64,000 nucleotides of DNA from Vicugna vicugna (lineage: Eukaryota): NCBI GenBank assembly GCA_013265495.1, contig MU058059.1:2207502-2271501 (forward strand), in the 5' to 3' direction. Below are positions 11,311 through 24,495 of this stretch, in pieces (the first letter of the stretch is position 1; every line of letters begins with the position of its first letter). The notes below the pieces were generated by a model that saw only the letters and a list, made by a program, of their open reading frames with translations, searched no databases and was not told where the DNA came from. Position numbers and translations under genes: made by a program.

Positions 11311-12972
11311 CTTGAAAATGGATCCATCCCCAAATATACGTGGTGTGTTTACCTTTTGCTGGAGGCCGAGTTGGGTAATCTTGGAGAACACGGCTGCTTT
11401 CAAGCCTGCACAGCCCCAACCTCCAATCAAGTCAAGAGCTTTAGGAAATGCCACCCCCAACCCCTAGCCTCAGAGAAGGTAGATTACCAGGGAACAGCCT
11501 GGACACTTGTCATTTCTAAAAAGCTTCCATGATACATTGGATGTGACATTCAACAAGAGCTTTCTTTTACTCAAGAATTTCATCTTTCATAAGTTGACAA
11601 GCTTTATTTCAGAAGCAGCCAGGGAAGGAACAATGCTGATTGAAACAAAGACCAGAAAGATTAACCAGCACCAGTTCGCAAATCAGTTAGGGAACTACCT
11701 CTCCAGATGGGGTGGGTGTTGACCCACCCTCTGCACCCCTGCACGTGACACAGAAGGCTCTGGAGGACCAGACCTGGTATTGGTGCCCCTGCCAGCGTCT
11801 CAGAATTTCATGTGTTTCACTCCACTTCTGCTCATGCAAGCTGTGTGTGCCCCTCTAGGGAAGAGATCTCTGTTTGAAAATAAAAGTCACATTTAATGTT
11901 TCGGACTCTTGTGAAGCCTTTCTGGCAGCCTTATTAATTTGCTCTTATTTTGGTAATCACCGTTCTTTCGTCTGCATGGTTATTTTAAAACAGGAAAGGA
12001 ACCTAAATTAGTATTATACATTTTAAGACATACATTTGCATCCATCATGAACTTTAATTTATACTTTGGCCAAATAATTTTAACAGTTGCTATAAAATCA
12101 GTTATTTAATCATAGTTTTTACTACCGTGTTGAATGCGGCAGTAGACAAGCTTAATAGCCTCGTGTCCACAACAAATTTCCAGCTATTATTCGTACATCC
12201 CACGTGCCTTTGACAACTCCATGGACTAGCCAAATTCCTACTGATTTTGCATTATTTGAATCTTGCTAACAACTAGCTCACCACGTGCACACAGTAGTTT
12301 TTTAGTGAATACATCTGTTTTTCCAACGTCCATTTCTTTCGCTTTCTCAGATTTACATCATTATAAAAACTACTGTTATTTTCAATAGAATAATTTTCCA
12401 GAATCATATATGTGCCCTCTCGTAGGACATCTGTGATTCAGTTCTAAAGCACAAAGAGGAAAATGTGCATAAATGAACTATGTTTAACATTTATATTTGC
12501 AGTAGTAAATATAAGAGAGAATTTCAAGTTGGTAAAAAAAAGCATATTTTAGACATATTTCAAGGTAGTGAAGTAAGAAAATTTAAATTGGGCAATTTGA
12601 GAGAAAATGTAAAATTAAAAAGTATAATGGTAACTTGATCTCTTTTTTTGGCAACTTGCTTTGTAAAATTCTGTTCATTTTCTTTAAAGAACAGCTACAG
12701 CTTTAGTTGAGTTACCTAAACTTGTGGTAACTTTGATTATCTGAATTTAAGAAGCTCTAAAATTATTAAATCTGATGATTAAGTGAAACGCTCAATTTAT
12801 CAAACTTATCTTTGTACCTTCCATAATATCCAGCGCAGTACTAGGCAGGTGGAAATAAAGCCTAGTATGTGAGTGAATAAGTGTAAGGATTTATCAAGAA
12901 ATTATTAAGTCTTCTTGCATTTGGATTGTTGTTATAACTGACATTAATTCTCAATAAATTAAATGGTTTTCT

Positions 12973-13538
12973 AGCCAAGACATGGAAACAACCTCTAAAC
13001 GTCCATTGACAGATGACTGGATAAATAAGTTATGGTACATTTATACAATGAAATACTACCCAACCATAAAAAACAATAAAATAATGCCATATGCAGCAAC
13101 ATGGATGGACCTGGAGATCGTCATTCTAAATGAAGTAAGCCAGAAAGAGAAAGAAAACTACCATACGATATCACTCATATGTGGAATATAGAAAAAAGAA
13201 GACAAATGAACTTATTTCCAAAACAAACACAGACACCCAGACATAGAGAACAAACTTACAGTTACCAGGGGGAAATGGGGTGGGAAGGGATAAATTGGGA
13301 GTTTGAGCTTTGCAGATACTAACTACTGTATATAAAATAGATAAACAGCAAGTTTCTTCTGTACAGCACAGGGAACTATATTCACTAGCTTGTGGTAACC
13401 TTAAATGAAAAAGAATATGAAAAGGAATATATGTATGACTGAAACATTGTGCTGTGCACCAGAAATTGACGCAACATTGTGAACTGACTATATACTTCAA
13501 TTAAAAAAAATAAAATCTACATGTTATAAGGTCTAAAA
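12973..13538 (+). mobile_element. 5'-truncated lineage-specific L1 with perfect 12-nt TSD
   Basis: ORF 12982..13191 'DDWINKLWYIYTMKYYPTIKNNKIMPYAATWMDLEIVILNEVSQKEK'; TSD AAATGGTTTTCT at 12961-12972 and 13539-13550. Confidence 0.92.
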
Positions 13539-13659
13539 AAATGGTTTTCTGTCTTTGAAAATTGGCAATGCCTCACCATACTATGTGGACATACAGAAAG
13601 ACCAATCAAATGAGTGCAAGCGGAGACTACTAAGATGTTAGTTTAATTTAGGTAAAAAT

Positions 13660-14145
13660 GTATTAGGTGCTTCGTGTAGCAAGAGGATCAGCCACTGTCA
13701 CTTTTGTCTTGCAGAGAGTCAAAGGCAGGCAGAGGAGTGTGAAAGCTTTATGGTGGCAAAAAGGGAGGACCATGCAGGCTGTACCCTGCCTGGAGGATGC
13801 TGGCATTAGGGGCTCTAGAAGAGTTAAGTAGAAGAGGAGCATCTTATGTGATTGGCTAGGGGTACATACTTGGCTTTCACTGGTTGGTCCTAAGTTGGAA
13901 ACGGGGACGAAAAGTAGGGAAGGTGTCAGTTATTAATCAAGTTCTGGCCATGCAGGACCCATTGTTACCAGGGGTTATGGTCTGATTTCCTACAAGTCTG
14001 CCTTATAGAAATTTGGGTTCCTGGGCTGATTACTATCGATACCAAGTTGGTTTTTCTGGGCCGATTCCTGGAGATTGGGGGTCAGAGTTCTATTTCTGTA
14101 TTATGTCTAGCCATTCATTGTCCATTTGCAAATTCAGTGTGCCAA
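13660..14145 (-). mobile_element. Probable ERV1-type solo LTR (MER31/MER67-like)
   Basis: About 480-nt block with CCAAT on the minus strand and motifs 'ctggttggtcctaagttggaa' and 'ccattcattgtccatttgcaaattcagt' recalled from this LTR group; family uncertain. Confidence 0.4.
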
Positions 14146-14259
14146 GTGCTTAGAAATGAGGGAGGTGGTCTAATGCAATGAATGGAGAAAAAAATCAGAA
14201 TGGAGAAACTTTAATTTTGTCCCCTGCGCCAAAAATATAGTTTAGCAATTTAGTTGATT

Positions 14260-16700
14260 TTTTGAAAAATTGAGTTTATAGTTGTATTACAGTTACATAT
14301 GCACACAATTTGTCACAACGAGTACGTGATAACACCTCCCCTCCAACACACATACATTTCCCGTTCTTCCGGGTGACCATTTTCAACTCTGTTGGCCGTT
14401 TCTTTGGCTATTTGTCTCCACCTGTCTAACCATCACAACTCCTTCCTAATAATTTAAGACTTTGCCATTGACTCCCCACCTTGGAAGATGAAGGTCAGGG
14501 CCCCTTTCACCTCCGGCCTCATCGCCACCTCCCTCCAGCCGCACACAGCAGAAGCACACCTCTGGGCTCCCGGCCTCTCCATAGGACAGCTATATTATAA
14601 TTTTGGTCATATAAAAACTTAGTGTTAACGTTACCATGGCAACCAAATGCTGTTCACCGCTGAGACATGTATCCTATGATCCCACTTCCCTTCCTTCACA
14701 ACTTTCTGGAGTTAGTAGTAGATTTATGTTTTACTGGCTTAATTTTCTAATTTCTACCCCAAATTCATTCCAAACTCTACCTACAAATATCTAAATCCCT
14801 TCTCTGTATGTTTAGACATGGTTAGTATTCTGTTAGTTTCATCTTACTGGAGACATCTCTCATGGCCTCCTGACTCATTCCAGCCTATTCTGAGTCTTCT
14901 GCACTGCTGTCCTCCTGAGATCTTCCTATGCTTTAATCCTGAGCATTCGGTTTTTCCTGTGTTGTTTCCCTTTTGTTGTCATGGAATCCCTAATTCTGTG
15001 ATTTTTAAATTCTTTCTTTGCTTTCTCATTTTGGTGGAGCAGATCTGTCAGTAGCTTCCTTAGAAGGAGTTAATTTCTCTGAAACTTCACATATTTGAAT
15101 GCGTTTTGATTTCACTCTCATACTTCATTGCAGGATGGTGGAGAATGCAGTTCCAGAAAGGAAATGATTTTCTTTCAGAATTTTAAAGGCTTTGCTCTAT
15201 TGTTTTCCAGCCTTTTGAGTACATTGAGAAGTCAAAGTTATTCTGCTTCAAAATCTATTTTCCTAAGCCACTTTTTCCTCTCTGGAAACTCGTGGTATAT
15301 TTTCTTTGTCCCATTGTTCTAAAATTTCACAATGATGTGCTGTGGTTTGGAACAATTTTCCTCTATTGCAGTGAGCACTCAAAGGGCTGTTTCAGTCTGG
15401 AGATCCATGCCCTTCTTTCCTGGGAAATTTTCTTGGTTTATTTCCTGAATATTTCTTTCCCACTGTTTTCTCTGTTCTCTCCCCTTGGAACTTCATTTTC
15501 TGCATAATAAATGTTCCTTGCATAATCTGATTTTCTCATGTTTCTTGCTATATTTCATCTTCTTGTCTTTTTGTCCTACTTTAATGGAAATTAGATTTGT
15601 TCTACTTAAATAAATAAATTCGTCAACTTTATTTTCCAGCCTTTCCACTGAATCTTTAATTTCTGCTATTACAGTTTTAATTTCTAAGAATTCATTTTAG
15701 TTTCTGGATGTTACTTTTCTGTAACATCCTGTTGTTACTTTAAAGAGGCTCTATCTCATTGCCCTAAGAATGTTATTGATAGATTTTTTTTAAGTTTTCA
15801 TGTCTCTATCCAATATTTGCTAGTGTTGTTTTCTGTTCATTGTGTTTCATAGTAGAGATTTTCCTCTGCTTTCTGGTAGTCTCTGGTTCTCTACTCACAT
15901 TTAAAAGTGTGGCATTATTTTATGGTTGTAAGTTATACCCCAGGAGAGCTCTAAACAGGTAAAAGGGAAACAATGGGGCATCATGAAGCCCATGGGACGT
16001 TCCCAGCATGCGGGTGAGGCTTGCCAACTTTAGTTAGCTACTGGACAGTCTCACTGGGAGAACTCCAGTGTCAGAACCCACGTCGTGTCTCCTGGGTGGT
16101 CAGGGTGCTCGGTGAAGAATCTTCACATCATTTATCTGGAGGGTGAAAGGCTGGTCATCAGTGTTCTGGAAGCTGAGTGGGGAAAAAAGGTTGAGGTGTT
16201 TCCAAATTCATTATTTACACTGTCACTTAAGCTCCACCTTCATCCTGGTCTTCTCAAACTCAGTTGTGCTGAATGTCCCTGAGCAGTGTCACCGCCTGTT
16301 GTGACTTTGCCTGAGTGGTTAACCTCTAGTGTTCTGCCAGAGAGATGAGAGGCTGTCACCTTGCTGAGCGGACCAAGGAAGATTTGGCCAGGGGGCTCTT
16401 AACTGCATTTAAACAGACCTTCAACCGATCCTGTTTGCAGCCCACCTAAACCCTGCTTCCTAAAGCCTTTGGGACTTTGGATGCTTCTTGGATTTCTTCA
16501 GTGCCAGCTTAGGGTTTGTTTTTCCCCATTCCACTGGGTAAATTGCCAGTCTTCTTCCCGTTTTTCCATTTTCAAGATTTTGTTGCTGTTGCCTCCTCTC
16601 CCAGCTATTATCTTTGTGGTTTCATTCCTTTCCCCTCCTATCCCTTTATTATCATTACTGGGGCTTCTAGGAGGAGGCAAGGGTACAAGTGTGGATTCCA
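14260..16700 (-). mobile_element. HAL1 (half-L1)-like element, long and highly diverged
   Basis: T-rich antisense ORF1-like tract 'ttttctttcagaattttaaaggctttgctctattgttttccagc...ttgagaagtc...aaatttcacaatgatgtgc...tttcagtctggagatccatgcccttc...tgggaaattttctt'. Boundaries approximate. Confidence 0.55.
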
Positions 16701-16882
16701 CACACTATCAGTACACCCAGAGCACCGATAAATTCATAGGCCTTTCTGCCCTCAGTATCTTTTCCTGTAAAATGGGGATAAATGAGATTATTTATGAGAT
16801 ATAATAAGTTTCATCTGTGTATCACTTTGCCCTCTGTAAAGGGTTTCGTATCACACAGATCTCCTTTCATTTTCCTCATACT

Positions 16883-16912
16883 TTTTTTTTTTTATACCAT
16901 GGGGTTTCTTTT

Positions 16913-16972
<60 letters not shown>

Positions 16973-17134
16973 TTTTTGAGGGGGGAGGTAATTTTTTAAA
17001 CTTTATTTTTGAACTTTTTTGGGGGAAGGTAATTAAGTTTATTTATTTTTATTTATTAATGGAGGTACTGGGGATTGAACCCAGGACTTTGTACGTGATA
17101 AGCACACTCTACTGCTGAGCTGTACCCTCCCCCC
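16883..17134 (-). mobile_element. Camelid tRNA-derived SINE (Vic-1-like) with extended 3' tail, inserted in a MIR
   Basis: Head 'ggaggtactggggattgaacccaggac...gctgagctgtaccctcccc'; imperfect TSD CATTTTCCTCATACT (16868-16882) and CATCCTCCTGATACT (17136-17150). Confidence 0.85.
16911..16970 (+). repeat. (TTTC)15 microsatellite
   Basis: 60 nt of uninterrupted TTTC units within a SINE tail. Confidence 0.95.
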
Positions 17135-17474
17135 ACATCCTCCTGATACTTTTATAAGTCAGTTAGGGCAGGTGCTGATAGTCCTTTTACCTAAGTAAAC
17201 TGAGGATCACAGAGGTTCCTGTGCCCAGAGGTCACTCCACTAGTCAAGGGCAGACTTGGAACTGCAGCGCTTCTATGCGCCAGGCGGGGCCTGAGTTCCT
17301 GGTTGGGGAGCTACTTCAAGAGGACCAAGGACAAGGGGAACAGGGGAGCACTAGGGCTGATTCTGGAAGCTGACTGTCTCCATAACCATAACCTGGAAAA
17401 AAATGAGCATGTTATACAGGAATAAAAGATCTCAGTTTCTACCAAGCAAACCGTTAGAAAAAAATTCCAGGTAT

Positions 17475-17607
17475 GGGGGAGGGTATAGCTTAGTGGTAGA
17501 GCGCGTGCTTAGCATGCAAGAGGTCCTGGTACCCAATCCCCAGTACCTCCAATAAAATGAATAAATAAATAAACTTAATCCTCACCCCCCAAAACAAACA
17601 AACAAAC
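17475..17607 (+). mobile_element. Camelid tRNA-derived SINE (Vic-1-like)
   Basis: 'ggggagggtatagcttagtggtagagcgcgtgcttagcatgcaagaggtcctgg...ccccagtacctcc' plus A-rich tail; TSD AAAAAATTCCAGGTA (17459-17473) and AAAAAATTTGAGGTA (17608-17622). Confidence 0.9.
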
Positions 17608-19269
17608 AAAAAATTTGAGGTAAATCTATGGTTAGGGAAACAGAATGAAACCTAGAAATTTAATCAAGATTTCAAGATGTCAGACTAGACTCCTTGGCAA
17701 GGACGTGTATGACACAAGCCATTATCTCAGCACAAAGCCCTGCTTCTTGAGGTTACAGACTGATTTTAGTACCTTAGATGTCCTCTGAAAATCTTACTAT
17801 CTTCTTGGCTGTTCTTCGATATGAAGTGGCACAGAAACTCAGACGGGCGCACACCGTATCTGCCATCACCATCTACCAGTTTCTCTCTTCTCTGCTGGGC
17901 TGTACGGTCCATTCTGAAGAAACATACAAGCAACCTTGGGATTTGTCATCCTTTGTCTCATCCTAATTCTGTAATTTTTATCTTTAGCTCCTTATGTGAT
18001 CGATTAACAAATAGTCATGGATCCCTGGGTAGGAGGCCCCAAAGGAGATACAAAGAAGAAAAAGGCGATCTCTGCCCTGAAGAGGTCATCATTTTTGAGG
18101 GAATAAGACATCACATCGTAACAGTGAGGTCAAGATCTCAAATCCTATCAAAGTATGGGACATTCACATCCTGTCAAAATATGTCATTTGAAATGATTCC
18201 TTCATCACCATCCAGCTGCTTTCCCATGTAGCTGTTGAGTGATCATGGCTGACCTGGTTGGATTAGGGCCAAGTTGGACTTGGGATTTTTACTAGAGGCG
18301 TGCCATCTTCTCAGACCATCCCCTGAAATTTGTCCATTGACCCATTCTTGGGCAGCTCTGCCTTGATGTCTGGCCCCTTAGCTCTAGTTCCATGCCCTTT
18401 TTTCTTCCAGTGTTCCTCTGCAGCAGGAAGGGGATGCCCTCCCCCTCTGTCCTCTTTGACATGAACTTCCACATATACCCTCCTCCTTCCTGAGGTGACG
18501 GCATCCTTTCCTCACAGCAGGGGACACAGTGGTGTACCAAGGGCAGGGAGAAAGCCCTGCTTGTTGGGAATATAAAAAAAAAGATGTTGCTCTTACCTTG
18601 CCAACTGAATTAAGCCTCATGAAGGAAACAAACAAGAGTATGAAAAAGAGAGTAAGAGGAGAGACCTGGATTTATTCAAAATAGAGAACTCCTTCCCAAG
18701 GTGGAGGCATTAACTGGCACCTGAAGGATGAGAAAAAAACCAACATGCCAAAGTATGTCCCCAGGCAGAGAGAACCATAAATTAGAGCCAAAGAAATCAC
18801 AAGTCATGTCTGTTGAGGGACGTGAGGAGGACAGGCAGGTGGGGTGTGAGCTGGATCTTCCGGCTGTTACTAGAGGTCACTTGACAACCATGCCCAGCCA
18901 CCTGCTCCCTTGCCTTCCTCCACTAGAGAGGCTGGAACACGTGTAACTGAAACTTCCAGGCACGCCGGAGGCCAGGCCGAGTGTATCACACCGTTTGTGG
19001 TGATGCGCTGTAGGAGGAAGTCCTTTTGGGGTCTTCCCTTCCCAAGTAAAGAGCCAAAGCCTCCAAGAAGCAGTTGTCTTAAGCCTTTCCTTTCCTCTTC
19101 CTTTCTGCCTGGGGCACAGAAGGAGGCACTTAGGTTTTGCAAGGCTGGGAACGAGCAGCCTGAATCTTGGGTGGTGTGGAGATGTGCCTGCACCCCCAGG
19201 CTGCCTGCCTCCATGTGAGAAACTATATGATGGTAACTTTTTTTTTCTTTTTCTTTTCTTTTTTTTTTA

Positions 19270-19465
19270 AGCGTTTTCTAAGCAGTTTACTTGAATTCAT
19301 AATTAATCCTCACAAGAACTGAAAAAAGCACCATTGTCATCCCATTTTTAGATGAGAAAGTTGAGTCATAAAAAGGTTGAATGATTTACCCAAGTTACTC
19401 AGGAAGTGGAAAAGTTGGACTTTGGAGACAGGCAGTGTGCTCCTTGGTCCCATCCCCTTAACCAT
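19270..19465 (-). mobile_element. MIR SINE
   Basis: 'ttaatcctcacaagaac...catccccatttttagatgagaaagttgagtcataaaaaggttgaatgatttacccaagttactcag'. Confidence 0.7.
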
Positions 19466-19744
19466 GGTTTTAAACGCCGGTGTTGGCAGGGTTTTCCCTT
19501 ACCCATAGATGATTGCGATCCTAACCTGTCCATCCTTGAAGGATGGATAAAGCTTAGATGGGAGCTTTCAGATCATCAGATAAACAAAGGTCGGTGCAGT
19601 GTGTGCAGGAGGATGGCAAGCTAGACAACAGTTTGAGGAAGAGTTTATACCAGGAAAATAGACAAAGGTGAAGACCAAACACAAAAGAGTGATCAAGAAA
19701 GGGAGCTCAAGAAATCAGAATATTCACCTACAAACCACAGCTTG

Positions 19745-19930
19745 ACCAGCTACTGCTAAGTGACAATGACCTAATTATACTGCCTTACCTTTATCAGATC
19801 TAAGTCATGCTGTCTTTAAGCCTCAGTTTCTTCATCTCTCAAATGGGCATACAAATCATGTATGTCTTTCAGAGTTTTAATGTGCTGGCAAGATACTCTG
19901 CTCATAGGAAGACTTCAGTAAATATTAGCC
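19745..19930 (+). mobile_element. MIR SINE
   Basis: 'ctttaagcctcagtttcttcatctctcaaatgggcatac...cagtaaatattagc'. Confidence 0.55.
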
Positions 19931-21834
19931 CCCAAACACAGTGAGGTAAGTTCAGATATTTTCTTCCACTGCTTGTCTCATCATCACAGTAATGACTGTC
20001 TGGAAACTTCAATTCAAAATGCAACATTTGGAAACTTTAATTTATTAAAGATGAAGAGAAAGTAAAGATGATCTTTTCTTTGATGTTGTGGTGAAATTTT
20101 TTTTCCTGGTGAAAACCTGGCCTTATTACAGATCACAGGACCCCGCACACTATTGTTGCAATAATTTAATCTAAAGGAGGACTGACATCGTCAGCATAAC
20201 GTTTCTTAATAGTATTACTCAAGCAGAGCTTTAAGGAAGGTACCTATTGACTTCAAAGGATTGGTTTTAAAGGAAGTGAAATAAAAAGGAAATGAGAATC
20301 CATGGGAACATGATTCAGTACCATGATTTCCACCCTGAGTTTTGGAAAAGCTGCCTAACTTCAAACTGTGTCCTGAGGAAACCAGTGGCCTCATACAAAG
20401 GCACAAGGACTGATATAAAACATGAGTTCAAAGCCTTTGGGGAAAAAAAAAGAGGGGCACAGAGACAGTCACTCTCTCCTTTAATGAACCCCCACGTGGA
20501 AAGTGGCTGCTGGGTGGGGAGCTGACGCCTGTGCCTTGGAACTGACTGTGAGTCAGACACCAAGTATCATCTCACCCCCCCACCCCCCAGTGAGCCACCG
20601 ACTCTCAAAGACTTTCCAGCTCCCAAAGGAGACAGCAGAAAGCATTTTCTTCTAGGACTTCTTGGAGATTTAAATAAAATACATAGAGTGACTGCACAGT
20701 GACCACCAGTGGACTTTAATAAAATCCTCATAAATCAGGTTTTTCTCCTCTGTCTTATTCCATATTCAGTGAACCAGCCTGAAAACTGCAGCTGATGTGC
20801 ATGTGGGGGAGGCTGTTAGTCTGCCTATGACATCACTGTTTCCAGACCTGAAGAGCAGGCCCATCCCTAAGGGCAGGGCAGATGGTCTCTTCTGGTCAGA
20901 GAGGTGCTTGTGTGCAGGCAGTTGGTTCCCTGAGTCCAGGGGGTGGGGGCAGCAGGAAAGGGGACAGCATGGCCTGTCTCCCCAGAGGCCCCTCGGTGGT
21001 CAGCAGCCCAGTGTCCTGCCCACTCAGGGCAGGGAAGGCCCAGGAGATCTGCATCCTCTGCAGAGTATACAAAACAACTTGCAGAGGCGACACACCTTCT
21101 AGGGATCAGACAGTTGCCAGGGACCCTCCAGCAGGTCACTTCCTGTATCCGCCATCCTGGGGAACACAGGTTTGGACGTGGCTGTAATAATGATCCTTTC
21201 TAGCATCTTGAGCTCACTACCACGTGGGATCCACCTTGCTATCAATCTCATGACTAGGGAATTTTTTTGAGATTATCAACCTCCCTAATTATTTTACCTA
21301 AAATAGGGAGAAGGTGAAAGTTCCAATCAGAAACAGATCTTTATAAAGATACAGACCTATTTGCAAATTGTGACCCTTTAGTCCCACCTGGTGAGATGAA
21401 ATAGAAGGGTTATTTAAGAAACTAAAAGTTTAGTCATTGAGGACCTGTTTATAAAGAACTTGCATGCACATTGTCACTGATGCTCTCACAACGCAATGGG
21501 GTGAACGGGACAGAAATGACTACTCTCATTTTGCAGAGGAGCAGATGGGAAGGGTCTGCCTCACGGTTTCTCTGGACGTGGTCTGGTGCTGGATCTGGAA
21601 ACTGATATCAACTCCATGAGCCCCAAAGAAGAGCCTGGTGAGAAGGGATGGAAGGGAGGACATGTTGAATGTCATCACACCTAAATGGTAACTGGGCCCA
21701 ATGAGCTGTCTCTCTCCCATCTCCCCTCACAGAACCCCCACACAGAACTCTGTGCAGAGTAGACTTGTTAGAATTTGATTTTAAAATCAGTGGTTAATAC
21801 TTCTGTATCCCTAATGATGCCCCAGGAACTTTTC

Positions 21835-21985
21835 AGAACACTTTACATTATTATCTCATTGAATCCTCATAACAACTCAAGTGGATGCAGTTATTACCTT
21901 CATTTTACAGATAAGGAAACCGAAGCACAGAGAGGTTAAGTGACTCACCTAATGTCACACAGACTAACAGTCAGAGCTAGGATTT
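21835..21985 (-). mobile_element. MIR SINE
   Basis: Well-preserved core 'cattttacagataaggaaaccgaagcacagagaggttaagtgactcacctaatgtcacacag'. Confidence 0.8.
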
Positions 21986-24332
21986 TTAAAAAGAATAGGC
22001 AAATGCATTGGCCTACTATCAACATTTCAGGAGCTTAATTCATATTCTGAGGGTAATGTGGACAAAGCAAAGTACTAAAACCTATTACCTCTCTCCTTTT
22101 AATTAGGCCTTGAGAAGGAATTCCTGGGGCATCTAAAAATTCATGCTAGCGATGCCAGCCTTTATACGAAAGTGACTTTGAACTCTGCTTGGAGGAGCCT
22201 TGCCTTTTGCTGGTGACAGGTTCTGGCCTCAGGTAGGATATGAAGCACTTCAAAAAAGGGCACCTGCTCCTATTTTTCCTTCTGTTCAGGTGAGAACAGG
22301 GCTTCACTGGTGAAAGTTTAAATGACCTGGTTTCTTCCAGTCCCTGTGAACAGCTAATGATGTGTTTTTCATTTTCATCCCATTCTCCCTGGTTTCCTGT
22401 ACACACATTCAAAAGGCTAGTGAAGCTGTGATGCGAAGTCCTGGGTGAAAAATTCGATTTGCTCCTCTCATGTCTGAAACGAGGTAAAGCAGACTCTGAT
22501 GACGAGTGTGCTTGCAGGGCAGGGATCTGCTGATCCTGCGCCTACACTCCCGCTGCTGCCCCAGAGGCTCCGTGCTTCCCTGAGGGAGAGACAGGTAGGG
22601 GAGGGCAGAGATCGTGATGCACTGCGCACTTCATCAGAGAGCATGTTTGTTCAGTGCCTCCGAGTCACACAGAGCTTCTGCATGTAATGCCATCTCTGCA
22701 AGCCAGGAAATGGAAATTAACTAATTTAAATCACACAGTTGGGACTCAGTCAAGTTGGACTCCAAATTCCAAGCTAGCTTTGTCTCTGACTCCCTCTCTT
22801 TCCCATTCCTCTCTTCCTACTGCCCTGCCTCCCTCCCTCCCTCCTTCTTACCTTTTGTGCTTGTTTTTCAATGACATGCTATCCTTGATCAGTGAAAGAA
22901 TACATCAGTGTGAAATCTATACAAAGGTGCTTACTTACACTTTCCATTTATTATCTCAAAATCCAGTTCCTACCATGATCTCAGTGTGCCTCTAAAATTG
23001 AGAATTAATCATTGCAGCCAGGCCTAGGAAACAAAACAGGAGTGACCAAAACAATGACCATCTTTTCCTTTTCTGCTGGGTCACTTTGGCCCCAATGAAG
23101 CAACCTTGGGAGGTATTTACGTGATCTTTTAGTCTATGCTTTTCTGCAGGTGTGATGCTTTTGATGCGCTGGGAACTTTCTGCATGTGGTTAACTTCCAA
23201 ATTCAATATACCATTGAGAATAGGTAAGGATAGGTTATGGTCAGATCATTTTTTTTTAATTTACATTTTGACCTTCATGGAGTTTGGACACGTGTCACAA
23301 ACAGTGATGCCCCGGACACCATCACTGTGCAAAGGTAGTTCTTCTGAGACACCCTACAGTGTGGGCTCCTGCCGTGGGCCTGGGCCTTACAGGGCCCCAG
23401 GTACCACGAACCTATAAAAATACATTTACTAAGGGGCATTTGGTCACTTCTGTCATTAGAGATCTGGGGCTCAGAGCTGAGAGACCAGAAAACATAACCC
23501 TAAACCTCCGATCTCAAAACCAACTATTTAGGCTCCAGAGAAATCCTTCACCCCAACTTTGGTCCCATGGACTTGGAACAGCACTGACATTTTGGAGGTG
23601 CAGTGTGGTGGACGTGGCAGGTGGACACTCCTAGGTGTGTGGATGACGTATAGCAGGGACACTTAGTGAAAAGAAAAGTCAAATCCGTTCAAAATCAATC
23701 CTTCCTTTCAGATAGCGAAAATAGGAGACATTTTTAAACAATGAGTGGGGTTTCTTTGTGGTGCTAATCACCAATTTTCTCCCTTCTCTTCGTGTTCCAA
23801 TTCTGGAAGAAATCACGCAAGAGTATTAGTATTTGCATGTAGTTGATTGAACCTGGTGCCTGAGGAACATTGTTCAAAATTAAGTAGTTAATATTATTGT
23901 TAAAATGGTATGTATGTATAGTTATAACATGGGAAACATGATACTGATTTTTTTGGAGATTATAAAAAATTATTTTTAATCAACATTTCCAAAATAATGA
24001 TACTGATTTTTTTCCATTGATGGGGTGAACACTGAATGCTTGAATTGCTAATAGGTTTCTGTTTATTAAAAATCAATAAGGTGTAATTGAATTTAAATTA
24101 GTAAATGTTAAGCTTCTTACAAATAATTTCTTTTGAGATGCGGGGATTCCTCATCACAGTTGGTAGGTTGCATTTGCATCCTAATAGATACCTTTGAACC
24201 ATTTGGAAGAAAGTAACTGTCAACAACTAGAGGGAAGTGATTTTAACTTTCTGTTTTAAAACATTTAAATTTACATTTTTGATGTAAATAGACACTCAAA
24301 TTTTGCATAATTTGAATACGTTGATCCTTTAT

Positions 24333-24495
24333 CAGTGCTGTCCAATAGAGCTTTCTGTGATGGTGGAAATGTTGTGTATCTGTGCCAACCAGTACAGTGG
24401 CCACTAGCCACATGTGGCTGTTAAGTGCTTGCTAGAGCCACTGAGGGACAAAACTGGTGAAATGTGGCTAAGTGTTCAATACAGAACATTGTAGC
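24333..24495 (+). mobile_element. MER3-like hAT-Charlie DNA transposon
   Basis: 'cagtgctgtccaatagagctttctgtgatggtggaaatgttgtgtatctgtgc...gtggccactagccacatgtggct'. Confidence 0.8.

Noticed and set aside
12115..12220. Short palindrome 'tactaccgtgttgaatgcggcagta' and possible old transposase relic
   Set aside because: The stem is short and imperfect and I cannot assign a family with any confidence.
17475..17550. tRNA gene (also 2832-2895, 17060-17134, 49872-49935)
   Set aside because: The tRNA-like heads are followed by A-rich tails and, where visible, flanked by TSDs, so they are SINEs.
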